A DNA stretch of 64,000 nucleotides from Roseibacillus sp. Lineage in GTDB: Bacteria > Verrucomicrobiota > Verrucomicrobiia > Verrucomicrobiales > Akkermansiaceae. The notes beneath the pieces were generated by a model, which was not told where the DNA came from, did not search any database, and saw only the letters and a program-made list of their open reading frames with translations. The DNA is taken from positions 512,001 to 576,000 of the forward strand of contig JBPOGI010000001.1 in NCBI GenBank assembly GCA_051251855.1, written 5' to 3'. Both the position numbers and the translations under genes were made by a program. How positions within the stretch are numbered: the first letter of the stretch is position 1; each line of letters starts with the position of its first letter. Shown here one piece after another: positions 54,743 to 64,000 of the stretch.

Positions 54743-57325
54743 ATGAGAAATACCCAGTTTGTTGTTTCCTTCCTTAGCATCCTCGCAGGAGCGAGTGCTG
54801 CCCGTGCCCAAGTTATCGCAGGGTATGATTTTGACGATGGAGCGGGAGTAGCCACTACGGTGGTTACTGTGAGAGCCTCTAATACTACCGCTACCGATTT
54901 TGGAGTCGGAGGAGGGCTTCTTTCGAACGTCAATGGACCTAATGGCAATAGTAATGCGAGTGACCTCGATGCTGAAGGGAATGTATTTGGAACCGCGACA
55001 GGGTTGGAGTTTGGTGGAGCTCGGACTCAGTTCGGTTTCACCGACATGAACAACGCTGACAATTTAGGTCTGGCCATCACTAACGATGACTACATGATTT
55101 TTACCGTCACACCAGATGCGGGGTTTGAGCTGGGGCTTAGTAGTTTCACTTTCCGGACTCGAGCCAATAACGCGAGCAATTCGGCCCAAAGATGGGCTTT
55201 GTTTTCTTCTGTGGATGGCTTCACGAATGGCGACCAAATTGCCACTGGAGTAACGACTGACCTAGCAAACTGGGACGCAGCTTCAAACAATGTGGTGGTG
55301 AGTCTTGCTGAATTAAAATTTCAAAGCCTGACTACGGCCACCGAGTTGCGTCTTTATGTCTATGGAGGTAATAACTCAGGTTCCTCTGCAACCTTGTTTG
55401 ACAAAGTGATTCTCAACGGTTCCGTTACTGCCGCGGGGAACCCTGACAGTGACAATGACAATCTTCTTGATGCGTGGGAGAATTTAACGGCAGGGAACTT
55501 GGTTGATTTGACGGGGTTGGTCAGCGGCCCAGGACCTGGAACGGGCACAGGAGATTTTGATAATGATGGTCTCACAGACCTTGAAGAATTCAACCTGGCA
55601 GTAACCAATGCGACTTTCCCCGACTTGGACCCAACGGAACTCGATAGTGATGGCGATGGGCTCAATGATGGTGATGAGGTGAATGGCTCTCCGGCGACTG
55701 ATCCTACTGATTCCGATACGGATGGTGATGGTTTGTCCGACCATCAGGAGATTCTAGGGCAGGATCAGAATGGTGATTCAACTGGATTCGGAGCTTCTAA
55801 CCCAATCTTGGTAGATTCCGATATGGATGGTGTGAGTGATGGTAATGAGGTTAGCTACTCGCCTGCGAGTGACCCGAATACTCCCGATGATACCGATGGT
55901 GACGGTCTTGCAAACGCGATCGAGGACTTCAATCTTAACGGTATTGTTGATGGCTTTGAGACCGATCCTCTTAATCCAGATACCGATGGCGACAATCTCT
56001 TGGATGGGGTTGAAGATGCGAACCAGGACGGAATTTTTGATGGGAATGAGACGGATCCACTTGCGGCAGACACTGATGTGGATGGCTTGAACGATGATGT
56101 TGATAGCGACCCTCTCGATCCAGATCAGGACGACGACGGAGTTCTGGATGGAGATGACTCTTCTCCTAATGACCCAACAAATGATTCCGATGGGGATGGC
56201 ATCGGCAACAACGATGAATTGCTTGGTAACAATGCCAGCGGCACTTCCCATGGATATGGTGCGACAGATCCTAATGCGGCGGATTCGGACAATGACGGCT
56301 TAGATGATGAACAGGAAATTGCGGGGCAGGGTGCCGATGATCTGTCCACTGGCTTCGGCCCCACCAACCCGAACGCTAATGATTCTGATACTGATGGTTT
56401 CGCTGATGGTAATGAACTGGTCTATGGCGGAAATCCAAATTTGATTGAAAGTGTGCTCCCTAATGCGGTCTTGGGTTACACTGCTACTGGAGGCGATTGG
56501 CTGACTGCTTTCGCTGCCAATGATATCGATGGCGATGGAGCCCTTGGAAGTGACGGCTCTATCTTCTATGGTTCCTTCACAGGCACTCAGGTTAGTGGGC
56601 AACCTTATAGTCTGAATGTGGAGAGTTCTCCGCTGCCAAGCTATTTGGTTTCTCATGGACCGGGCAGTGACTTCGTTTCTACGGCATGGGGATTTGCGAG
56701 TTACGGTATGATCGACGATCCCAACTTGCTCAATGACACCGACCAATTCGGGGGAGTGGCTGTGGGAAATGGGGGGAGCGCGGGCTCGACTCTTGAACTC
56801 GTCACCTTTGAGATTGATGGCCTGGCTGTAGGCCAAACAGTTCGTGTCGGTGTTTTAGGTGGTGTTGAAGGAAATGCAGGTGGGATTTGGGATTCTACCG
56901 AGATTATTCTCTCTGGTCCGAATTTCTTGATGGCTGGGCTTGGCCTCGAGGCGAATCCAGATGGCCTCGACGCTGGTTGGTTATTCTTCGATGTTTCTGA
57001 GAATGGCGTCTACACGGTATCCGGAACACGGCGAGCTAACAACGGTGGTGCAAGCATCGGGGGACTCACCTTCGACTCGATTGGTGGCCCTGAGGGGACT
57101 GTCCTCTGCGTCGAGAATGCAGCCAATGGGAGTGACCTTGTTTTTACTTGGGAAAGCCAAGCGGGTAAGCTCTACGATATTCGTCAGAGCACAGATCTCA
57201 GTGCCGATCCTTTCACATGGAGTGTCTGGCAGGCTGATATCGTTGCCGACGCATCAGGAACAAATGTGGAGACCTTTGCGCGTCCCGCGGACCTGAAAAG
57301 CTTCTTCGTCCTCGTTGAAAAGTAG
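54743..57325 (+). CDS. Secreted protein: N-terminal domain paralogous to the upstream PEP-CTERM protein, Asp-rich Ca-binding (TSP3-like) repeats, conserved C-terminal domain
   Basis: Signal peptide; many DxDxDG..D..E....TDP repeats; ends ...ARPADLKSFFVLVEK. Confidence 0.85.
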   Translation: MRNTQFVVSFLSILAGASAARAQVIAGYDFDDGAGVATTVVTVRASNTTATDFGVGGGLLSNVNGPNGNSNASDLDAEGNVFGTATGLEFGGARTQFGFTDMNNADNLGLAITNDDYMIFTVTPDAGFELGLSSFTFRTRANNASNSAQRWALFSSVDGFTNGDQIATGVTTDLANWDAASNNVVVSLAELKFQSLTTATELRLYVYGGNNSGSSATLFDKVILNGSVTAAGNPDSDNDNLLDAWENLTAGNLVDLTGLVSGPGPGTGTGDFDNDGLTDLEEFNLAVTNATFPDLDPTELDSDGDGLNDGDEVNGSPATDPTDSDTDGDGLSDHQEILGQDQNGDSTGFGASNPILVDSDMDGVSDGNEVSYSPASDPNTPDDTDGDGLANAIEDFNLNGIVDGFETDPLNPDTDGDNLLDGVEDANQDGIFDGNETDPLAADTDVDGLNDDVDSDPLDPDQDDDGVLDGDDSSPNDPTNDSDGDGIGNNDELLGNNASGTSHGYGATDPNAADSDNDGLDDEQEIAGQGADDLSTGFGPTNPNANDSDTDGFADGNELVYGGNPNLIESVLPNAVLGYTATGGDWLTAFAANDIDGDGALGSDGSIFYGSFTGTQVSGQPYSLNVESSPLPSYLVSHGPGSDFVSTAWGFASYGMIDDPNLLNDTDQFGGVAVGNGGSAGSTLELVTFEIDGLAVGQTVRVGVLGGVEGNAGGIWDSTEIILSGPNFLMAGLGLEANPDGLDAGWLFFDVSENGVYTVSGTRRANNGGASIGGLTFDSIGGPEGTVLCVENAANGSDLVFTWESQAGKLYDIRQSTDLSADPFTWSVWQADIVADASGTNVETFARPADLKSFFVLVEK

Positions 57326-57393
57326 GCAGATTTGAGACCAAAGGACCTAGTTGTTTCACCAGTTTGACTGCTCAGATCGCGATCAGGCTGGTC

Positions 57394-57951
57394 CTAGTTT
57401 AACCAAGGATGCTCAGGGCAGAGGGCGAGGAGGCGGTGGAATGCGGAGAGTCCGTTGAGGGTATCGTTCCAAAGAGTTTGGTCGTGAGTCATCCCGAGGA
57501 AGTTTTCTGGGGCCGGGGAGGGCACCCAAGAGTTACGTTCCAATTCATCTTCGAGCTGTCCCGCAGTCCAGCCTGAGTATCCAGTGAAGGCTCGGACAAC
57601 TACGCCGGACTGCTTACTGCGTTCGATAGCGTCTTCTGCTGAAATTCTAATGGAAAAGCGAAGCTCCTTCTCTGGAGAGAGCCAGAAGGCGGCAAAGGTG
57701 AGGTGCTCGCGGGCGACGGGGCCACCGACATGAACGGGTATGCGGGCGAGTGCGGCGAGTGCTTCGTCCTTTAGAAAATCACCGACCGTATGCTCAGAGG
57801 GTTGGTTGAGAATGAGTCCGAAGGCGCCTTCGTTGGAGTGCTGGGCGAGGAGAACGACTGATTTGTGAAAAATGCCATCTCGCAGAGAGGGATCGGCGAG
57901 GAGAAGGTCCCCTTGTTTAAGGCTTTGATCTTGAGAGGATTTTTTCTCCAC
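57394..57951 (-). CDS. YqgE/AlgH family protein
   Basis: LLLADP.L.DGIF.KSVVLL, GAFGLILN, GGPV, GYSGWTAGQLEDEL..NSW, P.LN end. Confidence 0.92.
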   Translation of the reverse strand: MEKKSSQDQSLKQGDLLLADPSLRDGIFHKSVVLLAQHSNEGAFGLILNQPSEHTVGDFLKDEALAALARIPVHVGGPVAREHLTFAAFWLSPEKELRFSIRISAEDAIERSKQSGVVVRAFTGYSGWTAGQLEDELERNSWVPSPAPENFLGMTHDQTLWNDTLNGLSAFHRLLALCPEHPWLN

Positions 57952-58118
57952 AACCCTTAGTCTTCACATTCTTTGGATGGGGTCAAGAAAGCCTCTCTCG
58001 AAAATCTGTTAGGTTTTCTTAACGACATCGGTCGGAAGGAGGATCCATGAAGATTCCCTTTGTTGCTTTGGCCGAAAACTGGTCTTGGGTTTTATCGGCG
58101 TGTCCCTAGGGTGCGCGC

Positions 58119-59336
58119 GTGTCAGAACGTGCACTCCAGTGGCGAATCTCTCTCGTCTTTTTCCTGCTCGCAGCCATGCCTGGCTGCTGGGTGCCGGTGC
58201 TTTCAATTGTGCTGGAGGCAAAAGGGTGGCAGCACCTCACGGATTGGGTCTTTGTGATTCCCTCTCTAGGAGCGATTATTTCGCCTCTTTTTCTGGGAGC
58301 GCTCGCCGACCAGCGGATCAATGCGGAGAGAGTGTTGGCGGGAGTGATGCTGATAAATGCGATCTGTACAGCCTCTGCGTTCTGGTTTCTGGGTAGTGGT
58401 AATTCGGAGGGGTGGTTCCTTGTTTTTCTGGTAGCGAAGTCTTTGTTGGGGGCTCCCGCTTGGTCGTTGTTGATGGCGATTACTTTGACCCATCTCGCGG
58501 AACCGGAGCGACAGTTTGGAAAAGTTCGCGTTTGGGGGACCGTGGGCTGGATGATGGCGGGGTGGGGCATTAGTTGGTTTGCGCTCGATCAGTCACCTCT
58601 AACCGGCTTGGTGGCATCGGTGCTGGGGCTGATTGCGGCAGGGTGCTGTTTGACTCTGCCCGCGACTCCGCCTACCGGGGTTGCGAGCAAGTCTCTGGTC
58701 GATATTTTGGGCTTGAAGGCGTTTCGAATTTTGAAGGACCGAGATACGGGAGTCTATTTTCTTACAGCCTTTCTGTTCTCGATTCCGGTGGCGGCCTACT
58801 ACCCTTATAGCGCGAAATTTTTAAAGGTGTTAGGGGTCGAGAATGTGGCGACGATGTTATCCATTGGTCAGACTTCTGAAATCATAGCGATGCTTCTGAT
58901 GGGATGGACTTTTCGACGTTTAAGGCTGAAGTGGATTTTTCTCATCGCTTTGGGAACTGGGGTGTTGAGGTATCTTTTCTATCTCGTTCCGGCGTCGAGC
59001 GGTGAGGTCTCGCCGATGCAGGTGACTTGGGTTGTCTTGGGCATCTTTATGCATGGGTTCTGTTGGACTTTGTTTTTTGAGTCGGGTCGCTTGTTCGTCG
59101 ATCGCCGGGTGGAGACTGCGATGCGGAGTCAGGCACAGGCCCTTTTAACGGTTTGGACCGGTGGGGTTGCTACCATTATCGGGGTGTTTTTCTCGGGCTG
59201 GCTTTACCGCTGGTGTGTCGAGGGCGGAGGGCCAGGGTGGTTGGGTTTCTGGGCCATTTTAAGTGTTCTGTGTGGGGTGGCCCTCGTGGTGTTCGCGATT
59301 GGGTATCGGGGGCAACCGGTTCGTGAGCAAGGTTGA
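58119..59336 (+). CDS. MFS transporter, nucleoside:H+ symporter (NupG/XapB)-like
   Basis: About 12 TM; PLFLGALADQR, FGKVRVWGTVGW, SIGQTSE, LRY, HGFC, FVDRRV...RSQAQ. Confidence 0.88.
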   Translation: MSERALQWRISLVFFLLAAMPGCWVPVLSIVLEAKGWQHLTDWVFVIPSLGAIISPLFLGALADQRINAERVLAGVMLINAICTASAFWFLGSGNSEGWFLVFLVAKSLLGAPAWSLLMAITLTHLAEPERQFGKVRVWGTVGWMMAGWGISWFALDQSPLTGLVASVLGLIAAGCCLTLPATPPTGVASKSLVDILGLKAFRILKDRDTGVYFLTAFLFSIPVAAYYPYSAKFLKVLGVENVATMLSIGQTSEIIAMLLMGWTFRRLRLKWIFLIALGTGVLRYLFYLVPASSGEVSPMQVTWVVLGIFMHGFCWTLFFESGRLFVDRRVETAMRSQAQALLTVWTGGVATIIGVFFSGWLYRWCVEGGGPGWLGFWAILSVLCGVALVVFAIGYRGQPVREQG

Positions 59337-59339
59337 TGT

Positions 59340-60560
59340 CTACTCGTTGGTGCTTGTGCTCTGCGAGACCGAGGAGGGGAGTTGGATGGTAAAGGTGGTG
59401 CGTTGACCTGGAGTGGAGGTGACGGCAATGGTTCCTTGATGAGCCTCCACGGCACGCTTGACGATAGAGAGGCCGAGGCCTGTTCCCTTGATGCTATCTT
59501 GGCTGTGATGCTTTTCGACGCGGTAAAAACGCTTAAAGACAAAGGGGAGATCGGTGCTGGGGATGCCGACTCCGTTGTCGGATACCCATAGTGTAACCTC
59601 GCCGTTTTCGTCAGATTTTCCGCCTACTGCGAGATTGAGAGGTTTTGAAGGGTTTTGCTTGAGGGCGTTTTCAATGAGGTTGAAGAAGACCTGCGTCCAA
59701 TAGAAGCGGTCGCCGAGCAAGGTGAGATGTTCGTCGATGTCATTGAGTTGAACGGTAGCTTTTTGTTGATTGATGACCGACTCTAAGCGTTCGACTACAT
59801 CGTGAATGCAGCTGGAGTAGTTGAATGGTGAGAGATTGAGGGAAGTGATTTCGCCGGATTCTAAGCGCGAGATCATGAGCATATCTTCCACGATGCGGGC
59901 AATACGCTCGCCATGCTTTTGCATGATAAGAAGGGAGCGCTTAATAAATTGAGGGTCGTCGATTTCTCCTTCGACGAGATTCTCGAGGTAGCCGTTGATG
60001 ATGGAAAGGGGGGTGCGGAGTTCGTGGGAGGCGTTTGCGACGAAGTCTTTGCGAACTTGTTCGGTCTGATGTTCGGCGGTGATGTCGCGAATGACCACTC
60101 GGGTGATGGGTTTGGTGGCGTTTTTGTTGAGGGGGGAGGCGTCGATGAGCCAAGCCGTTTCACCGCGCTTTTCGGCCATGCCACGAGGGGAAGCTTGTTG
60201 GGGAAGCACCACTCGTTCGATGGCTTCGCGTCCCGTGGTGAGAGATTTTTCGATGGCTCGAGTTAGACGCTCATCAAGAAAAATCTCTTTGATGTTTCGC
60301 TCAAGGACAAGGCGGCCGGCCACGAGCTCGGTGGTCACCTCGTTGGCGAAAAGAATCTGGCCATTGGGATCGACGAGAAGGAAAGAGTCACTGAGAGCGT
60401 CGAGGAGTTGGTCTTGTTCTTTTCGAAGGCGTTTCTTCTGTCGTTTGAGGGAGGTCTTGACCTTTTCGGATGCGCGTTGGGTCGCCTTTTTTTGCCTCAG
60501 CCAAAGGGCTAGAAATACGAGTGCTGCGATGGCGCAGCAAATGGCGAGGAGGTGAGACAT
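59340..60560 (-). CDS. PhoR-like sensor histidine kinase (PAS, HisKA, HATPase)
   Basis: RKDFVANASHELRTPL..INGYLE, NLIENALK, DNGVG, FKRFYRV, GTGLGLSIVK. Confidence 0.9.
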   Translation of the reverse strand: MSHLLAICCAIAALVFLALWLRQKKATQRASEKVKTSLKRQKKRLRKEQDQLLDALSDSFLLVDPNGQILFANEVTTELVAGRLVLERNIKEIFLDERLTRAIEKSLTTGREAIERVVLPQQASPRGMAEKRGETAWLIDASPLNKNATKPITRVVIRDITAEHQTEQVRKDFVANASHELRTPLSIINGYLENLVEGEIDDPQFIKRSLLIMQKHGERIARIVEDMLMISRLESGEITSLNLSPFNYSSCIHDVVERLESVINQQKATVQLNDIDEHLTLLGDRFYWTQVFFNLIENALKQNPSKPLNLAVGGKSDENGEVTLWVSDNGVGIPSTDLPFVFKRFYRVEKHHSQDSIKGTGLGLSIVKRAVEAHQGTIAVTSTPGQRTTFTIQLPSSVSQSTSTNE

Positions 60561-61250
60561 CTAGGAACCTTTAAGACGATAGCCGATTCCGCGTACTGTT
60601 TCCACAAGATTGGCATGCTCGCCCAGTTTGTTGCGGAGGCGCTTCATATGAGTGTCGAGGGTGCGGCTGTGAACTTCGTCGGAGTAGCCCCAGACGTTGC
60701 GCAGGATTTCGTTGCGATCTTGCGGGGTGTCAGGACGCTCGATGAGAAAGAGGAGAAGCTTGAATTCGGTGGAGGTGAGATCGACTTTCTCGTCTTTTAA
60801 GAAGAAGGTCATATTGTTTTTGTCGAGGCGGAAGGGCCCAGTTGTCACTTCGACGGCACCGGGGCTGGCTTCGAGGCGTCGCATAATGGCGTTGACGCGG
60901 AGGACGAGCTCTTTGGGGGAAAAGGGCTTGGTAAGGTAGTCGTCGGCACCGGCTTCAAATCCCTTAATGCGGTCCTCGATTTGGGCGCGAGCGGAAAGCA
61001 TGAGGACGGGGGTTTGGACTGTGCGGCTATCGCGGCGAAGCTCCTTGAAAACCGAATAGCCGTCTTTACCGGGAAGCATGAGGTCGAGGATGACGAGGTC
61101 AGGCCGTTCCTTGAGAGCCATGTCTTGTCCGGTGAGACCGTCGTTGGCGATCAGGATTTGGTAGCCCGCTCGCTCCAAATTGAAGGAGATCAGGTCTGCG
61201 ACATCGCGCTCGTCCTCGACGATAAGAATGGTTCCAGAGTTGTCGGGCAC
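60561..61250 (-). CDS. PhoB/OmpR-family response regulator (probable GTG start at 61250)
   Basis: ILIVEDE, LDLMLPG, GADDYLTKPFSPKEL, LTSTEFKLL, VWG, SRTLDTHMKRLRNKL, ETVRGIGY. Confidence 0.92.
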   Translation of the reverse strand: MPDNSGTILIVEDERDVADLISFNLERAGYQILIANDGLTGQDMALKERPDLVILDLMLPGKDGYSVFKELRRDSRTVQTPVLMLSARAQIEDRIKGFEAGADDYLTKPFSPKELVLRVNAIMRRLEASPGAVEVTTGPFRLDKNNMTFFLKDEKVDLTSTEFKLLLFLIERPDTPQDRNEILRNVWGYSDEVHSRTLDTHMKRLRNKLGEHANLVETVRGIGYRLKGS

Positions 61251-61304
61251 GGGGCGGTATAGGCATAAAGAAGCGATTGATGGGAGCCAGAAGGTGTCCC
61301 AAGT

Positions 61305-61324
61305 CTGTGACGAATTCGTCACAG
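61305..61324. promoter_or_regulatory. Perfect 20-bp palindrome in a divergent intergenic region
   Basis: CTGTGACGAATTCGTCACAG is its own reverse complement. Confidence 0.55.
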
Positions 61325-61401
61325 GAGGAGGCTGATTGTGATAAAATGGCTCGACCGAGCGTTGACGGGGCGGTGGGCGGCTGGTTAAGACATCCTAAGT
61401 A

Positions 61402-63246
61402 ATGGCTAGTTACACCGAAGACGACATCAAGAGCTTGGATTGGCGCGAACACATTCGTCTGCGCCCTGGCATGTATATTGGTAAGCTGGGCGACGGTTCT
61501 TCGCAGGATGATGGTATCTACATTTTGCTCAAGGAGGTTATCGACAACGCTATCGACGAGTATGTGATGGGCCATGGTAAGGAGATCCACATCGAGATTG
61601 ATGATGAAGGTCGAGTCGAGGTGCGGGACTTTGGTCGGGGGATTCCGCTTGGGAAGCTCTTTGACTGTGCTGCGCAGATTAACACGGGGGCGAAGTATGA
61701 TTCTGAGGCTTTCAAGAAGTCGGTGGGACTGAACGGAGTCGGAATCAAGGCGGTGAACGCCCTGAGTAGCTTCTTTGAGATTCAAGCCTGGCGGGAGGGC
61801 AAGACCAAGGCCATCGAGTTTTCGCAAGGGGGGGTGGTGGACGAGATGAAGAAGCCCAAGGCCGATAAGGGGGTGAATGGCACCCGCTTGGCTTTTGAGG
61901 TGGATACAGAAATTTTCCCGAAGCGTTTGAAGTGGCGTAACAATTTTGTGGAGCGCATGTGCCGCTACTACTCCTTCCTCAATCCTGGACTCTGTTTGGT
62001 ATTCAATGGCACCAAGTATAAGTCCAAGCATGGTCTGCTCGATCTTCTTAAGGAGGAGATGGATGATGAACCCCTCTACGAGCCTATCGTGCTCAAGGGA
62101 TATGATATTGATGTCGTTTTCACTCACACGATGGGCAGTGGTGAGGAGTATTATTCTTTCGTCAATGGTCAGCATACCACGCAGGGAGGAACACATTTGG
62201 CCGCTTTTCGGGAGGCGTTGGTAAAGACGATTCGCGAGTTCTATAAGAAGCAATGGGATCCGGCGGACATTCGGTCGGGGGTTGAGGCTGCGATTAGTAT
62301 CCGAGTCGAGGAGCCCGTCTTTGAAAGTCAGACAAAGACTAAGCTAGGAAGCACCCACATTGCTCCTGATGGTGAGACGGTAAGGACTTTCATTGGTAAC
62401 TTCTTGAAAGAGGAGTTGGACAACTATCTCCATAAGAATAGCGCTGTTGCAGAAGCATTGCAGAAGCGAATCTTGCAAGCAGAGCGCGAGCGTAAGGAGC
62501 TGAAGGGAATTAAGAAGCTTGCGCGTGACCGATCTAAACAAGCTAAATTACATAATAAAAAGTTGCGTGATTGTAAGGCGCACTTTGACACTAAGCACAA
62601 ACGCCGAGAGGCTACTACCATCTTCATTACAGAGGGGGATAGTGCCAGTGGTTCCATTACCAAGTGTCGCGATGTTGAGACTCAGGCCGTGTTTTCGCTA
62701 CGTGGTAAGCCACTCAATACCTTTGGGCTCAGTCGTAAGATCGTCTACGAGAATGAGGAGTTTGCGCTCCTGCAGGCTGCGCTCAATATCGAGGATGGCC
62801 TCGACGGTTTGCGTTATAATCATGTCGTGGTGGCGACGGATGCTGACGTCGATGGAATGCATATCCGGTTGCTGCTACTGACTTTCATTCTGCAGTTCTT
62901 CCCAGAGTTGATTCGGGAAGGGCACCTTTCGATTTTGGAGACGCCGTTGTTCCGCGTAAGGAACAAGAAGAAGACCCATTATTGCTATGACGAGGCTGAG
63001 AAGGATGCCGCTCTGGCGGAGTTGGGGAAGACGGCTGAGGTGACGCGATTTAAGGGGCTCGGGGAGATTTCTCCAGATGAGTTTGGCTTTATGATTGGAC
63101 CTGAAATGCGTCTGGACCCGGTCTTGATGGAGGAAGGGAAGAGTCTCAAGGAGATGCTCACTTTCTACATGGGAAAGAACACCCCGGACCGTCAGGGCTT
63201 CATCATTGAAAACCTGCGTGCCGATGTCGATACCGCCGAAGTCTAG
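61402..63246 (+). CDS. parE: DNA topoisomerase IV subunit B (GyrB/ParE family)
   Basis: [64 protein letters not shown]. The [13 protein letters not shown] variant is typical of Bacteroidota/PVC ParE. Confidence 0.88.
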   Translation: MASYTEDDIKSLDWREHIRLRPGMYIGKLGDGSSQDDGIYILLKEVIDNAIDEYVMGHGKEIHIEIDDEGRVEVRDFGRGIPLGKLFDCAAQINTGAKYDSEAFKKSVGLNGVGIKAVNALSSFFEIQAWREGKTKAIEFSQGGVVDEMKKPKADKGVNGTRLAFEVDTEIFPKRLKWRNNFVERMCRYYSFLNPGLCLVFNGTKYKSKHGLLDLLKEEMDDEPLYEPIVLKGYDIDVVFTHTMGSGEEYYSFVNGQHTTQGGTHLAAFREALVKTIREFYKKQWDPADIRSGVEAAISIRVEEPVFESQTKTKLGSTHIAPDGETVRTFIGNFLKEELDNYLHKNSAVAEALQKRILQAERERKELKGIKKLARDRSKQAKLHNKKLRDCKAHFDTKHKRREATTIFITEGDSASGSITKCRDVETQAVFSLRGKPLNTFGLSRKIVYENEEFALLQAALNIEDGLDGLRYNHVVVATDADVDGMHIRLLLLTFILQFFPELIREGHLSILETPLFRVRNKKKTHYCYDEAEKDAALAELGKTAEVTRFKGLGEISPDEFGFMIGPEMRLDPVLMEEGKSLKEMLTFYMGKNTPDRQGFIIENLRADVDTAEV

Positions 63247-64000
63247 AGGATGGCGAGAGCTTGATTAAGTTGGTCGATGTCGCTTGGTTTATGAGCTGCA
63301 TTGATCGTGATGCGCAGGCGAGCGGTGTTCTTGGGGACCGTGGGGTAGCGGATAGCCGGAACAATAAGGCCTGCATCGAGGAGTTTTTTTGAGGCGGCAA
63401 GGGCAGCCTCGTTTTCACCTAAGATGCGGGGGATGATGGAGCTAGGACCCAGAGTTGGAGTGTTTGGGAAGTCGAGTAGACTGAGGTTTTGACGCAAGCG
63501 TTCGCGGAGTGTCTGCCCCTCCTGCGAGGAGATGATTTGTAAGGCGGCCAAGGAGGCGGCGACTTGGGCAGGAGGAGGCGCGGTGGAATAGATGAAGGAG
63601 CGTGCCTTGTTGGTGAGAAGGTCTATCCATGTCTGGTTGGCGGCAAGGTAGCCTCCTGCTGAGCCTGCGGCTTTGCCGAGGGTGCCCATTTGAAAGTCGA
63701 CTCTGTTTTGTAGGTTCTCTTTTTCGGCAAGACCGAGGCCACGCTTTCCGAGAATACCGAGGGCGTGGGCTTCATCGAGTAGAAGGAGCGCTCCGTATTT
63801 TTCTTTGAGTTCGACGATCTCAGCCAGTGGGCAGAGGTCTCCATCCATCGAGAAAACGGATTCTGTGACAATGAGAGTTCGAGTGGTGGGGGACGACGAC
63901 TCGCTTGTTTTTCTGAGAATCGCTTCAAGGCGTTCCATATTGTTGTGGGGAAAAACGCGGATGGTGGCACCAGAGAGTTTTGCTGCGTCGATGAGGCAGG
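63243..64000 (-). CDS. bioF: 8-amino-7-oxononanoate synthase (5' end outside the window)
   Basis: [57 protein letters not shown]; frame open to the window edge. Confidence 0.9.
   Translation of the reverse strand, partial: CLIDAAKLSGATIRVFPHNNMERLEAILRKTSESSSPTTRTLIVTESVFSMDGDLCPLAEIVELKEKYGALLLLDEAHALGILGKRGLGLAEKENLQNRVDFQMGTLGKAAGSAGGYLAANQTWIDLLTNKARSFIYSTAPPPAQVAASLAALQIISSQEGQTLRERLRQNLSLLDFPNTPTLGPSSIIPRILGENEAALAASKKLLDAGLIVPAIRYPTVPKNTARLRITINAAHKPSDIDQLNQALAIL

Noticed and set aside
55440..56450. CRISPR array or DNA tandem repeat in the GAT/GAC-rich region
   Set aside because: The repetition is in-frame DxDxDG protein repeats with variable codons; there is no repeat-spacer periodicity and no cas genes.
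61099..62253. Long antisense ORFs (also 4459-5325, 15245-16078, 19362-20192, 29159-30130, 48640-49524)
   Set aside because: They are shadows of well-supported genes on the opposite strand and carry no motifs of their own.
61402..63246. gyrB call
   Set aside because: The 614-aa length and the N-terminal [13 protein letters not shown] and C-terminal [12 protein letters not shown] patterns fit ParE better. A phylogeny would settle it.
63243..63246. Overlapping convergent stop codons of parE and bioF
   Set aside because: Common in compact genomes; no sign of regulatory significance.

Overview
Bacterial chromosomal window with no rRNA, tRNA, CRISPR array or transposase that I could see. It most likely comes from a marine Verrucomicrobiota; this is inferred from PEP-CTERM proteins, a Verru_Chthon-A/GspK-like pseudopilin, barrel-less beta-strand-repeat proteins and the number of sulfatases. 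The flanks are mostly core genes: a type III PKS triad, Ser/Thr kinase-rnhA, oligopeptide ABC permeases, an M48 peptidase, rpsP, rplT, rpmI, kdsD, a PhoD-like phosphatase, SUI1, YqgE/AlgH, an MFS transporter, a PhoBR-like two-component pair, parE and bioF. They enclose a ~35 kb sulfated-polysaccharide utilisation island (15.2-50.1 kb). The island encodes eight S1 sulfatases, a GH97, a GH141-like beta-helix enzyme, two esterases, a propeller-cupredoxin fusion and a NarL-type two-component system with a probable glycan-sensing kinase. It has no SusC/D or other transporter. Best leads: (i) a 20-bp palindromic box repeated three times against -35 elements, which suggests a regulon; (ii) a ~75-aa C-terminal domain shared by unrelated surface proteins that lack an autotransporter barrel; (iii) a giant E5-less GspK/PilX-like pseudopilin plus a partner gene embedded among the glycan enzymes; (iv) one ~200-aa domain encoded twice in tandem, once with a PEP-CTERM anchor and once with the new C-terminal domain. 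Together these suggest a Sus-independent surface-display or secretion system for glycan foraging. This is a hypothesis. All family calls are from motif recognition by eye; no searches were run.
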